Below, piece by piece: positions 29,130 through 37,915 of a DNA stretch of 64,000 bases. Position numbers and translations under genes: made by a program. The stretch comes from a virus, in the IMG/VR virus record IMGVR_UViG_3300030333_005233, positions 4,427 to 68,426 of that record. One strand, written 5' to 3'. The notes under the pieces were generated by a model that had not been told where the DNA came from, did not search any database, and was given only the letters and a program-made list of their open reading frames with translations. Positions within the stretch are counted from its first letter, which is position 1; the number at the start of each line of letters is the position of its first letter.

Positions 29130-29897
29130 CTACGTGACAAAGTAAAGTGTATTATTATCATGATTAATTCCTGAATAACTTCCAAGATCAGTAATTACCA
29201 TGTTTGTAATTCCACTTATATTGACAATGCCGCTATTGTTTGCCTGCGTTGGGCTTGAGTATACTGCTGGAGAACCACTAACATTGATTTCATTGGCGTT
29301 AAATGTTCCACTTACAGAAAGTGTATTCTGTGGTATATTTGTTCCAATACCAACTCTGTCTGTACTGGCATCTATGAAGAAAAGGTTCTGATCTGTGTCA
29401 CCTTCTACTCTAAAATCTACATCAGCACCAGCCTCATTAAAGGTGGCAGCGCCTACTATAGTATTTGAATTAAGATCTAAATCACCGCCAAGCTGTGGGC
29501 TTGTGTCTTCTACTACATTTTCTAGTGGGCTTACTGCTACAAATTCCACGGCTGAAGCTCCAGAATTTACTTTAACGAATTTTGATCCTGCACTCGAAAA
29601 GTTAGATGGAGTGTCGCTTAGTCCAACAAATGTTGAAGATCCACCGCCCCCGCCACCACCTTGACCAGAAGCATACACTGCTATACCAGATACAATATTA
29701 AACTGAGCAAGTGATGGTCCACCGGCTCCACCAATGCTAGCCAAAGAGTTCCAACCTGTGACTCCATCTCCAACTTTTAGAACGCCACTGCCGTGATCAT
29801 ATCCCGGCTCACCACTGGCTAATACCGTATTAGCACTAGCCCACTGTGCAGAAGTACCTCTACGAACTTGAATTCTTGTGTTTGAATAATCTGGCAT
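29130..29897 (-). CDS. Fibre protein with Mtd_N/hyaluronidase-N-type anchor
   Basis: RIQVRRGT..QW...N.VLASGEPG...LKVGDGVTGWNSL; VEDTSPQLGGDLDLN; RVGIGT; ends NTLYFVT. Confidence 0.8.
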   Translation of the reverse strand: MPDYSNTRIQVRRGTSAQWASANTVLASGEPGYDHGSGVLKVGDGVTGWNSLASIGGAGGPSLAQFNIVSGIAVYASGQGGGGGGGSSTFVGLSDTPSNFSSAGSKFVKVNSGASAVEFVAVSPLENVVEDTSPQLGGDLDLNSNTIVGAATFNEAGADVDFRVEGDTDQNLFFIDASTDRVGIGTNIPQNTLSVSGTFNANEINVSGSPAVYSSPTQANNSGIVNISGITNMVITDLGSYSGINHDNNTLYFVT

Positions 29898-29901
29898 TTT
29901 A

Positions 29902-31041
29902 TCACCCCGATGGTATGAAGTAAAGTGTATTTGAATTTTTATTTAGTGAATTGTATGCAGCTTGATCTACCATTAGCATTGTAGTTATACCGCTGATATT
30001 GCCGCTTGCTGTTGAATTGTAACTAACACTACCACTAACAGAGTGTACTGATATTCCTGACACTATAGTGGTATTAGCTGCATTAGTTCCGACACTTGTG
30101 TTAAGTGCGCCTGAAGCTGTTTCTAATAAACCTACGCTTGTATTTAAAGCACCAGATGCAGTAGTTAGGAGTGCATCTTGACCAGAAGAGAAAACTGCTA
30201 TTCCAGATACAAGGTTGAATTGTGCAGTTGATACATCTCCACCACCACCGCCACCGCTGTTTCCAGAGGCAAATATGGCGATGCCTGAAACTATATCAAA
30301 CTCTCCTTGTGTAACATCATTAGCCACATCAGTTCCAGAAGCGTATACTGCTATTCCTGAAACGATATCGAATTCAGATTGGCTAACATCTCCTCCACCT
30401 CCACCAGCTTGTCCAGAACCATAAACCGCTATTCCTGAAACTATTCCTAAGTCAGTGTTTAATGCTCCAGAAGCTGTTTCTAGTAAACCAACGCTAGTAT
30501 TTAATGTTCCAGAAGATGTGTTAAGCAATCCAGCTTGACCAGATGAATAGACAGATATTCCAGAAACTATGTCGAATTCAGATTGGGTAACATCTCCACC
30601 GCCACCTCCAGTGTCTCCAGATGCAAATACGGCGATACCAGATACTATGTCGAATTCAGATTGGCTAACATCTCCACCGCCACCGCCATTTCCAGAGGCA
30701 AATATGGCGATACCAGAGACTATATCTAAAACGCCAGAAACGCCATCTAATTCAGACTGTGAAACCTCATGAGTATGTCCAGCTTCTCCAGATGCAAATA
30801 CAGCAATTCCAGATACAATCTCTAAAACTCCAGAGACAGTATTAATGTCTGAAGATAGTGCAACGCCTCCAGATATTGGTAGACCTGACACAGAAGACCA
30901 AGGATCAATACCATTTCCTATTTTTAGGATAAATGTATCTGTTGCAAATGCCGGTTCTCCACTCATTAACACTGGATTATGAGTGTCAAATTCGGCTTGC
31001 GTTCCTCTTCTGAGTTGAAGTCTCTGATATATAGATCCCAT
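29902..31041 (-). CDS. Ser-Gly repeat fibre protein with Mtd_N-type anchor
   Basis: RLQLRRGT...NPVLMSGEP...LKIGNG..PW; repeat body; ends QAAYNSL..NSNTLYFI. Confidence 0.8.
   Translation of the reverse strand: MGSIYQRLQLRRGTQAEFDTHNPVLMSGEPAFATDTFILKIGNGIDPWSSVSGLPISGGVALSSDINTVSGVLEIVSGIAVFASGEAGHTHEVSQSELDGVSGVLDIVSGIAIFASGNGGGGGDVSQSEFDIVSGIAVFASGDTGGGGGDVTQSEFDIVSGISVYSSGQAGLLNTSSGTLNTSVGLLETASGALNTDLGIVSGIAVYGSGQAGGGGGDVSQSEFDIVSGIAVYASGTDVANDVTQGEFDIVSGIAIFASGNSGGGGGGDVSTAQFNLVSGIAVFSSGQDALLTTASGALNTSVGLLETASGALNTSVGTNAANTTIVSGISVHSVSGSVSYNSTASGNISGITTMLMVDQAAYNSLNKNSNTLYFIPSG
30046..30825 (-). repeat. Imperfect coding tandem repeats: about 9 x (I/L)VSGI(A/S)(V/I)(F/Y)xSG with poly-Gly spacers, plus ASGALNT units
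   Basis: Repeats visible in protein and DNA (tcgaattcagattggctaacatctcc near 30368 and 30650). Confidence 0.9.
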
Positions 31042-31982
31042 TAGAATACCTCGTCTATTGTCCAATTAACTTTTCTAGGAGGGAAACCATCTACATCACT
31101 GAATGCCCAAGCTCCATTTTGGTTCAACATTCCAGATGCATCACGCTCACGAATCCAAAAAGAGCCGTCTGGCTGATCATGCCTCTTTGGACCGCCGTTC
31201 CAAACGCCCCAAGAATTTTGTACTAAAAACAAAGTTTCTTTAAAAACTTCGTGACTATCGTCCACGCCAATCCATGCCATCGCATGATTCCAAGAACCAC
31301 TTTTTTTTGCTATACCATTTTTATCCCTACGTGGTGAAAATCCATAAGTACTGCATACGCTTAAAGCATATCCATTTGATATAGCATCTCTTGCTTCTTG
31401 GACGGATTTTACAAGACTGATTGTTTGAACTTGATGTTTTTGAGCTTCATTTATAACTTCTGATGGAACACCACGGGACTTACCCCAGTTAATTCCAATG
31501 CTACTATTATATTTTGATAAATCTACAAAACCATAATTTTTTCTTACTAAGATGCCACCATTTTGATGTACGAATCTTGCAGCACCAGAGCATGACATTC
31601 CTTGACCGCCATGTCCTCTAGAACCGTATATTGCTTCAGTTGCTCCTCTGGCTACAAATTCTTCTGTTTCTCCAAATAGAATTTCATGCGCTCTTGTAGC
31701 ATCTACTGCTGATCGTGTTGAGTGTGAAACACAATCTCCTGTAGTTTGCCTTTCATGCGCTCCAAAGGTAGGGTCAAATCTCATGACGCCTTTATGCAAT
31801 AAAATAAGTTTACCATCACCAGTATGGTATAAATCAGGAGCAGCCACACCAAATAATGGATGTGGCAATTCTCCTAATAGTTTATCTGTATCTTCTGGGT
31901 CACACCATGAACCTACAAACCCATCCTTGTAGGCTTTTAGTATTTCTTTTGAAGATTTAAAATCTGAGTTATTCTGGGACAT
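31041..31982 (-). CDS. Papain-like (C1) cysteine peptidase
   Basis: Q.TGDCVSH, WNHAMAWIG, LVQNSWG: Gln/Cys/His/Asn catalytic set. Confidence 0.88.
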   Translation of the reverse strand: MSQNNSDFKSSKEILKAYKDGFVGSWCDPEDTDKLLGELPHPLFGVAAPDLYHTGDGKLILLHKGVMRFDPTFGAHERQTTGDCVSHSTRSAVDATRAHEILFGETEEFVARGATEAIYGSRGHGGQGMSCSGAARFVHQNGGILVRKNYGFVDLSKYNSSIGINWGKSRGVPSEVINEAQKHQVQTISLVKSVQEARDAISNGYALSVCSTYGFSPRRDKNGIAKKSGSWNHAMAWIGVDDSHEVFKETLFLVQNSWGVWNGGPKRHDQPDGSFWIRERDASGMLNQNGAWAFSDVDGFPPRKVNWTIDEVF

Positions 31983-32187
31983 TATTTTTGGCCCACTTTA
32001 CAACAGTGTTAATTACCACTGCCACAATTGGCACGATCATAACTCCAATATTACCTAAATCTAAATCTGCCATATTTTCGCCAACATATGTCAGACCAGC
32101 AGCCAATGCCACAAGTGCTGCATTTTTGGCAATGTTTGCAGCGTCTGTAAGATTTAATGTAAATGCGGGTGATTTATTGTCAGCCAT
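31969..32187 (-). CDS. Holin-like two-TM protein
   Basis: 72 aa, two hydrophobic helices, basic C-terminus (VKWAK), directly upstream of the peptidase. Confidence 0.6.
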   Translation of the reverse strand: MADNKSPAFTLNLTDAANIAKNAALVALAAGLTYVGENMADLDLGNIGVMIVPIVAVVINTVVKWAKNNVPE

Positions 32188-32198
32188 GTTATACCTCT

Positions 32199-32795
32199 TT
32201 AATTGTTTGTGATACTTACCAAAAAGCCGCCATGCTCAGAATCTGAAATCCTATATGGATACCCTAATAAACGAATTGGGGTATTGTTTTGTAATTTAGT
32301 AACTTTACTGAACCTTCTATTCATTTCAATGCACGATCTAAACTCGTCCATCACTTCTTCTCTTTCATCTTCTTTTATGAGGTTAATCCAATCATAACCT
32401 TCTATGCTGTTTGTTGTGCCATTTACCATTTGGCTAAGTCCAGAATTACTCCATACTAATCTACCATCTTCATCTGTTTCAAAAAGAGCTACATTACTAT
32501 AATGTAACGCAGCTTTAGTTCTTTGGGTTATTACACGTTGTCTATTTTCTATTCTATTACAGGTTTCCCTCATATCTATTATAGCGTCTTTGATACTGTT
32601 TCCACCATTTGTTTTCAATTCTTTTTCCATCAGTAGTCTTAGATCATCTACTGATTTTATGAATACATCATGGTTTTTGATTAATTTTATTAGTGGTTTT
32701 ATAAACCTCTTCCATAAGAATGCAAAAAAACCAATGACAGTACTAACTGACCCAATTGCTATTGCTACTAACTCAGTGCTATAATCTATCGTCAT
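32199..32795 (-). CDS. Membrane-anchored PAS-domain protein
   Basis: N-terminal TM, coiled coil with TNGGNSIKDAI, then ALFETDEDGRLVWSN...GYDWINLIKEDER (PAS-like). Confidence 0.75.
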   Translation of the reverse strand: MTIDYSTELVAIAIGSVSTVIGFFAFLWKRFIKPLIKLIKNHDVFIKSVDDLRLLMEKELKTNGGNSIKDAIIDMRETCNRIENRQRVITQRTKAALHYSNVALFETDEDGRLVWSNSGLSQMVNGTTNSIEGYDWINLIKEDEREEVMDEFRSCIEMNRRFSKVTKLQNNTPIRLLGYPYRISDSEHGGFLVSITNN

Positions 32796-32810
32796 GCTAA
32801 CTCCTAGATG

Positions 32811-32845
32811 AAAAATAAAGATACACCCTCAAAAGAGGGTGCATC
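32811..32845 (-). terminator. Rho-independent terminator
   Basis: Minus strand GATGCACCCTC-TTTT-GAGGGTGTATC followed by TTTATTTTT. Confidence 0.85.
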
Positions 32846-32860
32846 CCAAAAGCCAGAAAA

Positions 32861-33529
32861 TTATGAAGATGTATCGGTTTCATCCTCGTAAGAATCTCTT
32901 GCTTTATATTCATCAGTCGTAGCCTTGCCCAGACCGCCAAAGTGGTATGTCAACTCACCGGGGACTGCCCTTGTTGGTGATGCTGCATCATCTGCGGCTG
33001 GAACATTACCGCTAGCCATTACGAAAGTATTTGCGTCACCAGCGTTTGACCCCTTAGTTCTACCGGGAACAACGCCACTGGTTGGAACAGCAAGAACATC
33101 AAATGCTCTGTCCGCATCACTACCAATTCTTCTGTCTGCCACAGTAGCATGGATGCTATCTTGACCTATACTATCATATTGAGCGCCGGGAATGGTAAGT
33201 AAGGTTGAAGAGTCATTATTGATTTTACCAGCACCGTCTGCGCCAGCAGCCTTAATAATGAAGTTTCTTTCTCCTCTAGCTGGACTGTAAGCAAGACCTC
33301 CAGTGCCAGCTGACTTAGCAGTTGTAACACCTTGAGGATCTGTAAACTCACCTCCAGAACCATCATTTGCTTTTACCTTTGAACCATACTCAGAACCAGT
33401 TTTTGCATCATTGAGTCCAATGCCACTAGTCATAGGGCTTGTAGAATCAATAGCAGAAGGTCCAACTCCAAGTACAGAACCACCGTCATTGACGGTAGAA
33501 CCAGAACCTTTAGCAGTTGTTGTAGCCAT
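32861..33529 (-). CDS. Gly/Ala/Ser/Thr-rich probable virion protein
   Basis: Composition; own promoter-like motif, GGAG RBS and terminator suggest a separate transcript. Confidence 0.6.
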   Translation of the reverse strand: MATTTAKGSGSTVNDGGSVLGVGPSAIDSTSPMTSGIGLNDAKTGSEYGSKVKANDGSGGEFTDPQGVTTAKSAGTGGLAYSPARGERNFIIKAAGADGAGKINNDSSTLLTIPGAQYDSIGQDSIHATVADRRIGSDADRAFDVLAVPTSGVVPGRTKGSNAGDANTFVMASGNVPAADDAASPTRAVPGELTYHFGGLGKATTDEYKARDSYEDETDTSS

Positions 33530-33607
33530 TATTTTCTCCATCTATTATCGTTTTTTAGAAATATTCAATAGTCCAAAAATCCTAAAGTTCTAGTCCTTTT
33601 CCTATCA

Positions 33608-33618
33608 AATTATACACC
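33608..33618 (-). promoter_or_regulatory. GGTGTATAATT promoter-like motif
   Basis: Intergenic; related motifs at 37889-37900, 44355-44364 and 46611-46620. Confidence 0.5.
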
Positions 33619-33619
33619 A

Positions 33620-34120
33620 TTATCTAAATTTATGGCGAAACTTATTGGTGATTTTTTTCATTTTTTTCCGCATAGTTTCCTTACCAATCCCGTATTTTTC
33701 ACTTAATTCTTTGTTAGTCATCCTTGAAGCTTTGTCTATCAGCAAGCTTTTCTCAGACTCATTCATCGCCTCATCCAGAAGTTCCATCTTAGTTACATCT
33801 GAACTATCAGAAGCTGGAATCGAGTCATTAATTGGCCTAAAATTACGAGATTTATTAATAAATTTTACTGCTTTTAGGCACTCAATAAAAACGCCTTTAT
33901 ATAGATACGTTGTAAATTTACATCCCTTGTCTGGATTAAAGTTTACAAATGACTTCCATAAAGCGTTTATCTTACAAGTGTGAAGTTCTTCAGGGTCTAG
34001 CTGATTTACGAATTTATCACAAGCCTTGTGCATAATATTACAAATATCCTTGTCATTCAATGCTTCTTCCATCTGAACGTCAATGCGTCTCTTTTTCATG
34101 TCAAACTCCTTAATAATCAT
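33620..34120 (-). CDS. Phage-encoded sigma70-family factor
   Basis: Region 2 LWK...FNPDKGCKFTTY; region 4 HTH TNKELSEKYGIGKETMR. Confidence 0.78.
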   Translation of the reverse strand: MIIKEFDMKKRRIDVQMEEALNDKDICNIMHKACDKFVNQLDPEELHTCKINALWKSFVNFNPDKGCKFTTYLYKGVFIECLKAVKFINKSRNFRPINDSIPASDSSDVTKMELLDEAMNESEKSLLIDKASRMTNKELSEKYGIGKETMRKKMKKITNKFRHKFR

Positions 34121-34536
34121 TATAATAAATTTTTTTCAATTTCTTTACGAACTTCTGCGAAATCAAACATTTTGCCAACACCAATGAAAAATCGGTATCG
34201 ACTCAATACTTTGAGCAACTCAATGCCCTCTGTTTTGTCTAATATATTTTTTATTTCTTTTGTTATGTCAAAATTGCTATGTCCAATCCAACAGTCAAAA
34301 TTAGATAACATTGCCATATCTTCCATAAGCTGCTGGCTGATTGGCAAAAACGGTAACTCAGACGAAGCTTTAGGTGCAGCAGCGTACAGTTCTTCTTCGT
34401 CCTCCTCTTCTTCTTCAATCTCTGAGGAGTAAGACATCATCTGTTGAATAATAGTTTTAAGCATAGGTGAAGACATTTGTTTTTCTATTAAGTCTTCATA
34501 CTTTTGCCATCCAATTTTATTTTCTTTTTTTCCCAT
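34120..34536 (-). CDS. Hypothetical protein with acidic tract
   Basis: 138 aa ORF. Confidence 0.6.
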   Translation of the reverse strand: MGKKENKIGWQKYEDLIEKQMSSPMLKTIIQQMMSYSSEIEEEEEDEEELYAAAPKASSELPFLPISQQLMEDMAMLSNFDCWIGHSNFDITKEIKNILDKTEGIELLKVLSRYRFFIGVGKMFDFAEVRKEIEKNLL

Positions 34537-34545
34537 ATTATTTCT

Positions 34546-34875
34546 TTATATCATATCAGAAGGACTTATGCAAGGCTTATCTAAATCCGATTTTGATTGT
34601 TTGTCTTTTAAAAGTATCTGAGTGCCAATCTTGCTTAATAATAACAAGAAAAGATCCTCATTGCCTGACTCTATCATGACGCCTTTAACCATCTCCAAAG
34701 TTTCAACAACACAACTTTCTCTAGAAAGCATTTTTAATATATTTGTTAATCCTTGCATTGATTGTTCATCGTAATCGTCTATGGAGATATCTATAATAAG
34801 ATCGTCTGAATTTTTCATGACTAGGTATGATACAGATGCAAGTACTTCTTCGTCTTCTCGTTCATTCTCGTCCAT
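34546..34875 (-). CDS. Hypothetical acidic protein
   Basis: 109 aa ORF. Confidence 0.6.
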   Translation of the reverse strand: MDENEREDEEVLASVSYLVMKNSDDLIIDISIDDYDEQSMQGLTNILKMLSRESCVVETLEMVKGVMIESGNEDLFLLLLSKIGTQILLKDKQSKSDLDKPCISPSDMI

Positions 34876-35920
34876 ATAGAATACCCCTTATTGTATTAGC
34901 TGAATTCTCCCAACTAAATTTTTTGGCAGTCTCAACTCCGTTTTGATTAGATCTGTCTTTATTCTTATAAACTGCTCTCATGCATTCAGCAAACTCATCT
35001 ATTTGTTTAGTTTGCATTTTAGCCCAACTGCCAATGCGACCATGAAACCATTTGCCATCATATGCTAGTTCTTTTTCTGGAGCTTCTACTAAATATGAAT
35101 TTTTACTATTGCAAAATGAAGAATGGGCAGAGCATTTGGTGGCTATAACAGGCTTATTGCATGACATCATTTCTAATAATTCTAAATTCCATCCTTCTGC
35201 CCTAGAAGGGAATATTCCACAATCTGTTTTAGCCATAATATTATACACTTCTTGGTGGGTATTTACCCTATCAATAAAGCGAATTTTATCACCTAATTTG
35301 CTATCAAGATATAGTTTTTTCCACTGCTGGTCTTCTTCTGGCGTCATAAATGGATTGCTTGTCATCATCCATAGTTCTACATTGTCATTAGTGTCAAAAG
35401 CCTTATTAAATATCTTATATAATATATCATGACCTTTTCTGATTTCCCATTTACCACAGTTAAAAAATATAGTTTTTTCATTAGTAGATGGTTCACATGG
35501 CTTGAATAATTTAGAATCTACGCCAAGTGGCACTACATCAACAGCTGGTTTAATATTGTTTGTAGTGCAGACTTCTTTAGCCCACTCAGAACACACGAAT
35601 AGTCTATCTACTGAGTTTAGATGATGCCTTTCTTGTGGTGCAAATTCGTCAAGTTCAAAAATGGGAAAACCTATATGTTCTCCACGCCCAACGAACTGTG
35701 ACATATCGTGCTGATGCCATATGCGAAGACACGGATCTTCTCGCTCAAACAATTGTGCGTTATTGATGCAGCTGCTGACTAAATCAGCATCTTCTTGTGT
35801 TGTTACCTGTGGTTGTCCAATAGGCCACAAAGAAACTGCACGATGCTTATTCAAATGTTTAGTTATATTTAAACCTGCAACTCCATAACCAAGAGTATTT
35901 ATAGGAGAAATAATATTCAT
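34862..35920 (-). CDS. Glycosyltransferase family 4 (GT-B)
   Basis: GYG; PLGVD; GKWEIRKG; PSRAEGWNLELLEMM. Confidence 0.9.
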   Translation of the reverse strand: MNIISPINTLGYGVAGLNITKHLNKHRAVSLWPIGQPQVTTQEDADLVSSCINNAQLFEREDPCLRIWHQHDMSQFVGRGEHIGFPIFELDEFAPQERHHLNSVDRLFVCSEWAKEVCTTNNIKPAVDVVPLGVDSKLFKPCEPSTNEKTIFFNCGKWEIRKGHDILYKIFNKAFDTNDNVELWMMTSNPFMTPEEDQQWKKLYLDSKLGDKIRFIDRVNTHQEVYNIMAKTDCGIFPSRAEGWNLELLEMMSCNKPVIATKCSAHSSFCNSKNSYLVEAPEKELAYDGKWFHGRIGSWAKMQTKQIDEFAECMRAVYKNKDRSNQNGVETAKKFSWENSANTIRGILYGRE

Positions 35921-36456
35921 TCTGGCACATCCTTAAAAAAGAACCATCTTTTTAGTTTGTTAGTCTCTTCACACCTAGAGACTTCATATAAATATGCTAA
36001 CAAATGATCCATAGAACTAAATATATGTTCATGTGGTAGCATAAAAAATAACCAATTTGGTGCTAACTTTTTACCTTGTTCACACCATACTAGTATTGGT
36101 TTTTTCTGCCTGTTTGCTGTAGAAATTTCTTCATATGATCCACACATATGTACATTCATATCTATGTGAGCAATGAGAAAATCTGAAACATCTACACATC
36201 TTAGGTCTGCATTTCTAATATGACCATAATCTTGTCTAATTTTGTCAAACTGACCAGTTTCTTTATAAAACTCAATTTGCATTCTTGTGTCTGGGCCTTC
36301 TTTTGCTGACTCTATGGGTTTATCACATGGATTAATTACTTTAACTTGTAACTCTTGCAGCATTGGAGTAATGGCGTTTCTCCAGCCAATGCCACCATCA
36401 ACCACCCTATCCATAGCACCAGCTAGATAAGTTCTCATGTTTTTAAGATTATTCAT
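35917..36456 (-). CDS. Nucleoside 2-deoxyribosyltransferase-like / nucleotide N-glycosidase fold
   Basis: YLAGAM...WR...INP...DL..VD.SD...GSYEE...KP. Confidence 0.75.
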   Translation of the reverse strand: MNNLKNMRTYLAGAMDRVVDGGIGWRNAITPMLQELQVKVINPCDKPIESAKEGPDTRMQIEFYKETGQFDKIRQDYGHIRNADLRCVDVSDFLIAHIDMNVHMCGSYEEISTANRQKKPILVWCEQGKKLAPNWLFFMLPHEHIFSSMDHLLAYLYEVSRCEETNKLKRWFFFKDVPE

Positions 36457-36457
36457 G

Positions 36458-36886
36458 TTAGTTACCTCTTGTCATCGCTAAACTCAAAAATTCTTCAACA
36501 GTTTTAGGGTTGTGATTGTTAAACGTATTATTAACAATAAACTTTCTTTCTCTGGCAGTCTTGACTCCTAGAGACCTTAAAGCGTCATAGCAATCTTGCT
36601 GTAAGTCTGTATAGCCATTGCTGTTTCTTTTAGCTTTAGGTTTAGACGGTCTAGCAGGATTACGCTTTGATTTTTTCTTTGGCTTTTCTTCTTCTTCCTC
36701 AAGCCAGCCCATGTCATCTTGTTGTAAGTGTTTTAAAGACACATCGTTATGATCTTCTATGTGTCCAATAACAAACTTGTCACTAAACTTATAATGATTT
36801 TTAGGATTACGCAAAAACAAATAAACAAAGAAAAACCAGATGGCTGTACATATAAATATTTGCAAACTTTCAGGTTGTGGATTCAT
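36458..36886 (-). CDS. Membrane-anchored protein with RuvA-CTD-like C-terminus
   Basis: N-terminal TM; DCYDALRSLG...TVEEFLSLA. Confidence 0.5.
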   Translation of the reverse strand: MNPQPESLQIFICTAIWFFFVYLFLRNPKNHYKFSDKFVIGHIEDHNDVSLKHLQQDDMGWLEEEEEKPKKKSKRNPARPSKPKAKRNSNGYTDLQQDCYDALRSLGVKTARERKFIVNNTFNNHNPKTVEEFLSLAMTRGN

Positions 36887-36906
36887 AATTTTGCTCCTTT
36901 GTTATC

Positions 36907-36934
36907 ACTATAACACAAATATCGTCATGGTCAA
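36907..36934 (-). promoter_or_regulatory. Sigma70-type promoter
   Basis: TTGACC-16 nt-TATAGT with TG extension, directly after a terminator and before an AAGGAG RBS. Confidence 0.7.
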
Positions 36935-36945
36935 GGATAATCTTG

Positions 36946-36986
36946 AAAAAAAATAGCCCGACAGGCAAAAACCATATCGGGCTATT
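36946..36986 (-). terminator. Rho-independent terminator
   Basis: AATAGCCCGA...TCGGGCTATT stem followed by a T-run on the minus strand. Confidence 0.8.
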
Positions 36987-37008
36987 CAGATCAGTACACT
37001 AGTTAAGT

Positions 37009-37350
37009 TCAGCTTTCATCTTCGCCCTGTGAGGTCTTATTGGAAGCGTTTGGTCCAAGCTGAATCTCGTCTGCCATTACGCAAACTGAGTTTCTTGGAT
37101 TTCCTTCCTTATCTTCATAGTCATCTATCTTGATCTTTCCTTGAACTCCCACTAGTCTACCTTTCTGTAGATGGTCTTTTAGAGCTTCTGCCATCTTACC
37201 AAAACACAACACATTAAGATATAACGTGTCATCAGTTCTGCGATCATTAACTGCCATGCGAAATTTCGCCATAGATGTTCCCTTCTTGGTAACATTAAAA
37301 TCTGCGTCTTTCGTAAGGCGTCCACATCCTAACCAAGTATTAATATTCAT
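37009..37350 (-). CDS. ssb: Single-stranded DNA-binding protein, copy 2
   Basis: GRLTKD, FRMAVN, FGKMAE, KGRLVGVQG; GGAGG RBS at the corrected start. Confidence 0.9.
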   Translation of the reverse strand: MNINTWLGCGRLTKDADFNVTKKGTSMAKFRMAVNDRRTDDTLYLNVLCFGKMAEALKDHLQKGRLVGVQGKIKIDDYEDKEGNPRNSVCVMADEIQLGPNASNKTSQGEDES

Positions 37351-37351
37351 C

Positions 37352-37669
37352 TCAAACCTCCAATGCTGATCTAATTTTTCCACGAAGCACTTGTGTATTT
37401 CCACGATTATACGTTCCAAGAGTTGCACTATAAATTGCTCTTGCGGTATTACGAGGAATACCAAGCAAGCTTGCTGCATATTCAGTGCCGTCCCTTGTAT
37501 TATCAAAAACTCCAAAACCAGCCTTATGCGCTAACGCAGTAACGGGGTTTAGTGTGTGTCCACGATTCGGACCACTACGGAGTGTGGCAACAACTTTTTT
37601 ATCATACACATTCCAATGATAAGAGTCTGCCACGTTATACAATCTATCAATCACGCTACTAACATTCAT
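37352..37669 (-). CDS. Hypothetical protein
   Basis: 105 aa; AGGAGG RBS. Confidence 0.7.
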   Translation of the reverse strand: MNVSSVIDRLYNVADSYHWNVYDKKVVATLRSGPNRGHTLNPVTALAHKAGFGVFDNTRDGTEYAASLLGIPRNTARAIYSATLGTYNRGNTQVLRGKIRSALEV

Positions 37670-37670
37670 A

Positions 37671-37874
37671 TCAACCTCCTAAATTTAAACTAGAATCACT
37701 AACAGTTGCTGTACTTGTAGAGTTGATACGTTCATTGATCAACGCATGTCCCTTTTCCAAGTAATCAGTAAGCTTTAAAATTTCATTATCAATAGCCTGC
37801 TTCTGATTTTGAAGTTCTACTATTGCTTTTTGCACAGTTTCTAAGTGGGCTTGAGCCATTTCTTCTACCGACAT
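37671..37874 (-). CDS. Small coiled-coil protein
   Basis: GGAGG RBS before MSVEE. Confidence 0.65.
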   Translation of the reverse strand: MSVEEMAQAHLETVQKAIVELQNQKQAIDNEILKLTDYLEKGHALINERINSTSTATVSDSSLNLGG

Positions 37875-37915
37875 TTTTTCCTCCATATAATTATACCACC
37901 TAAGCAAGAAAAAAA

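Noticed and set aside
30046-30825. CRISPR-like array
   Set aside because: Repeats are in-frame, vary at synonymous positions and lack unique spacers of regular length
29130-31041. Diversity-generating retroelement suggested by Mtd_N domains
   Set aside because: No reverse transcriptase, no C-type lectin variable region and no adenine-specific TR/VR pair seen; Mtd_N is a generic anchor
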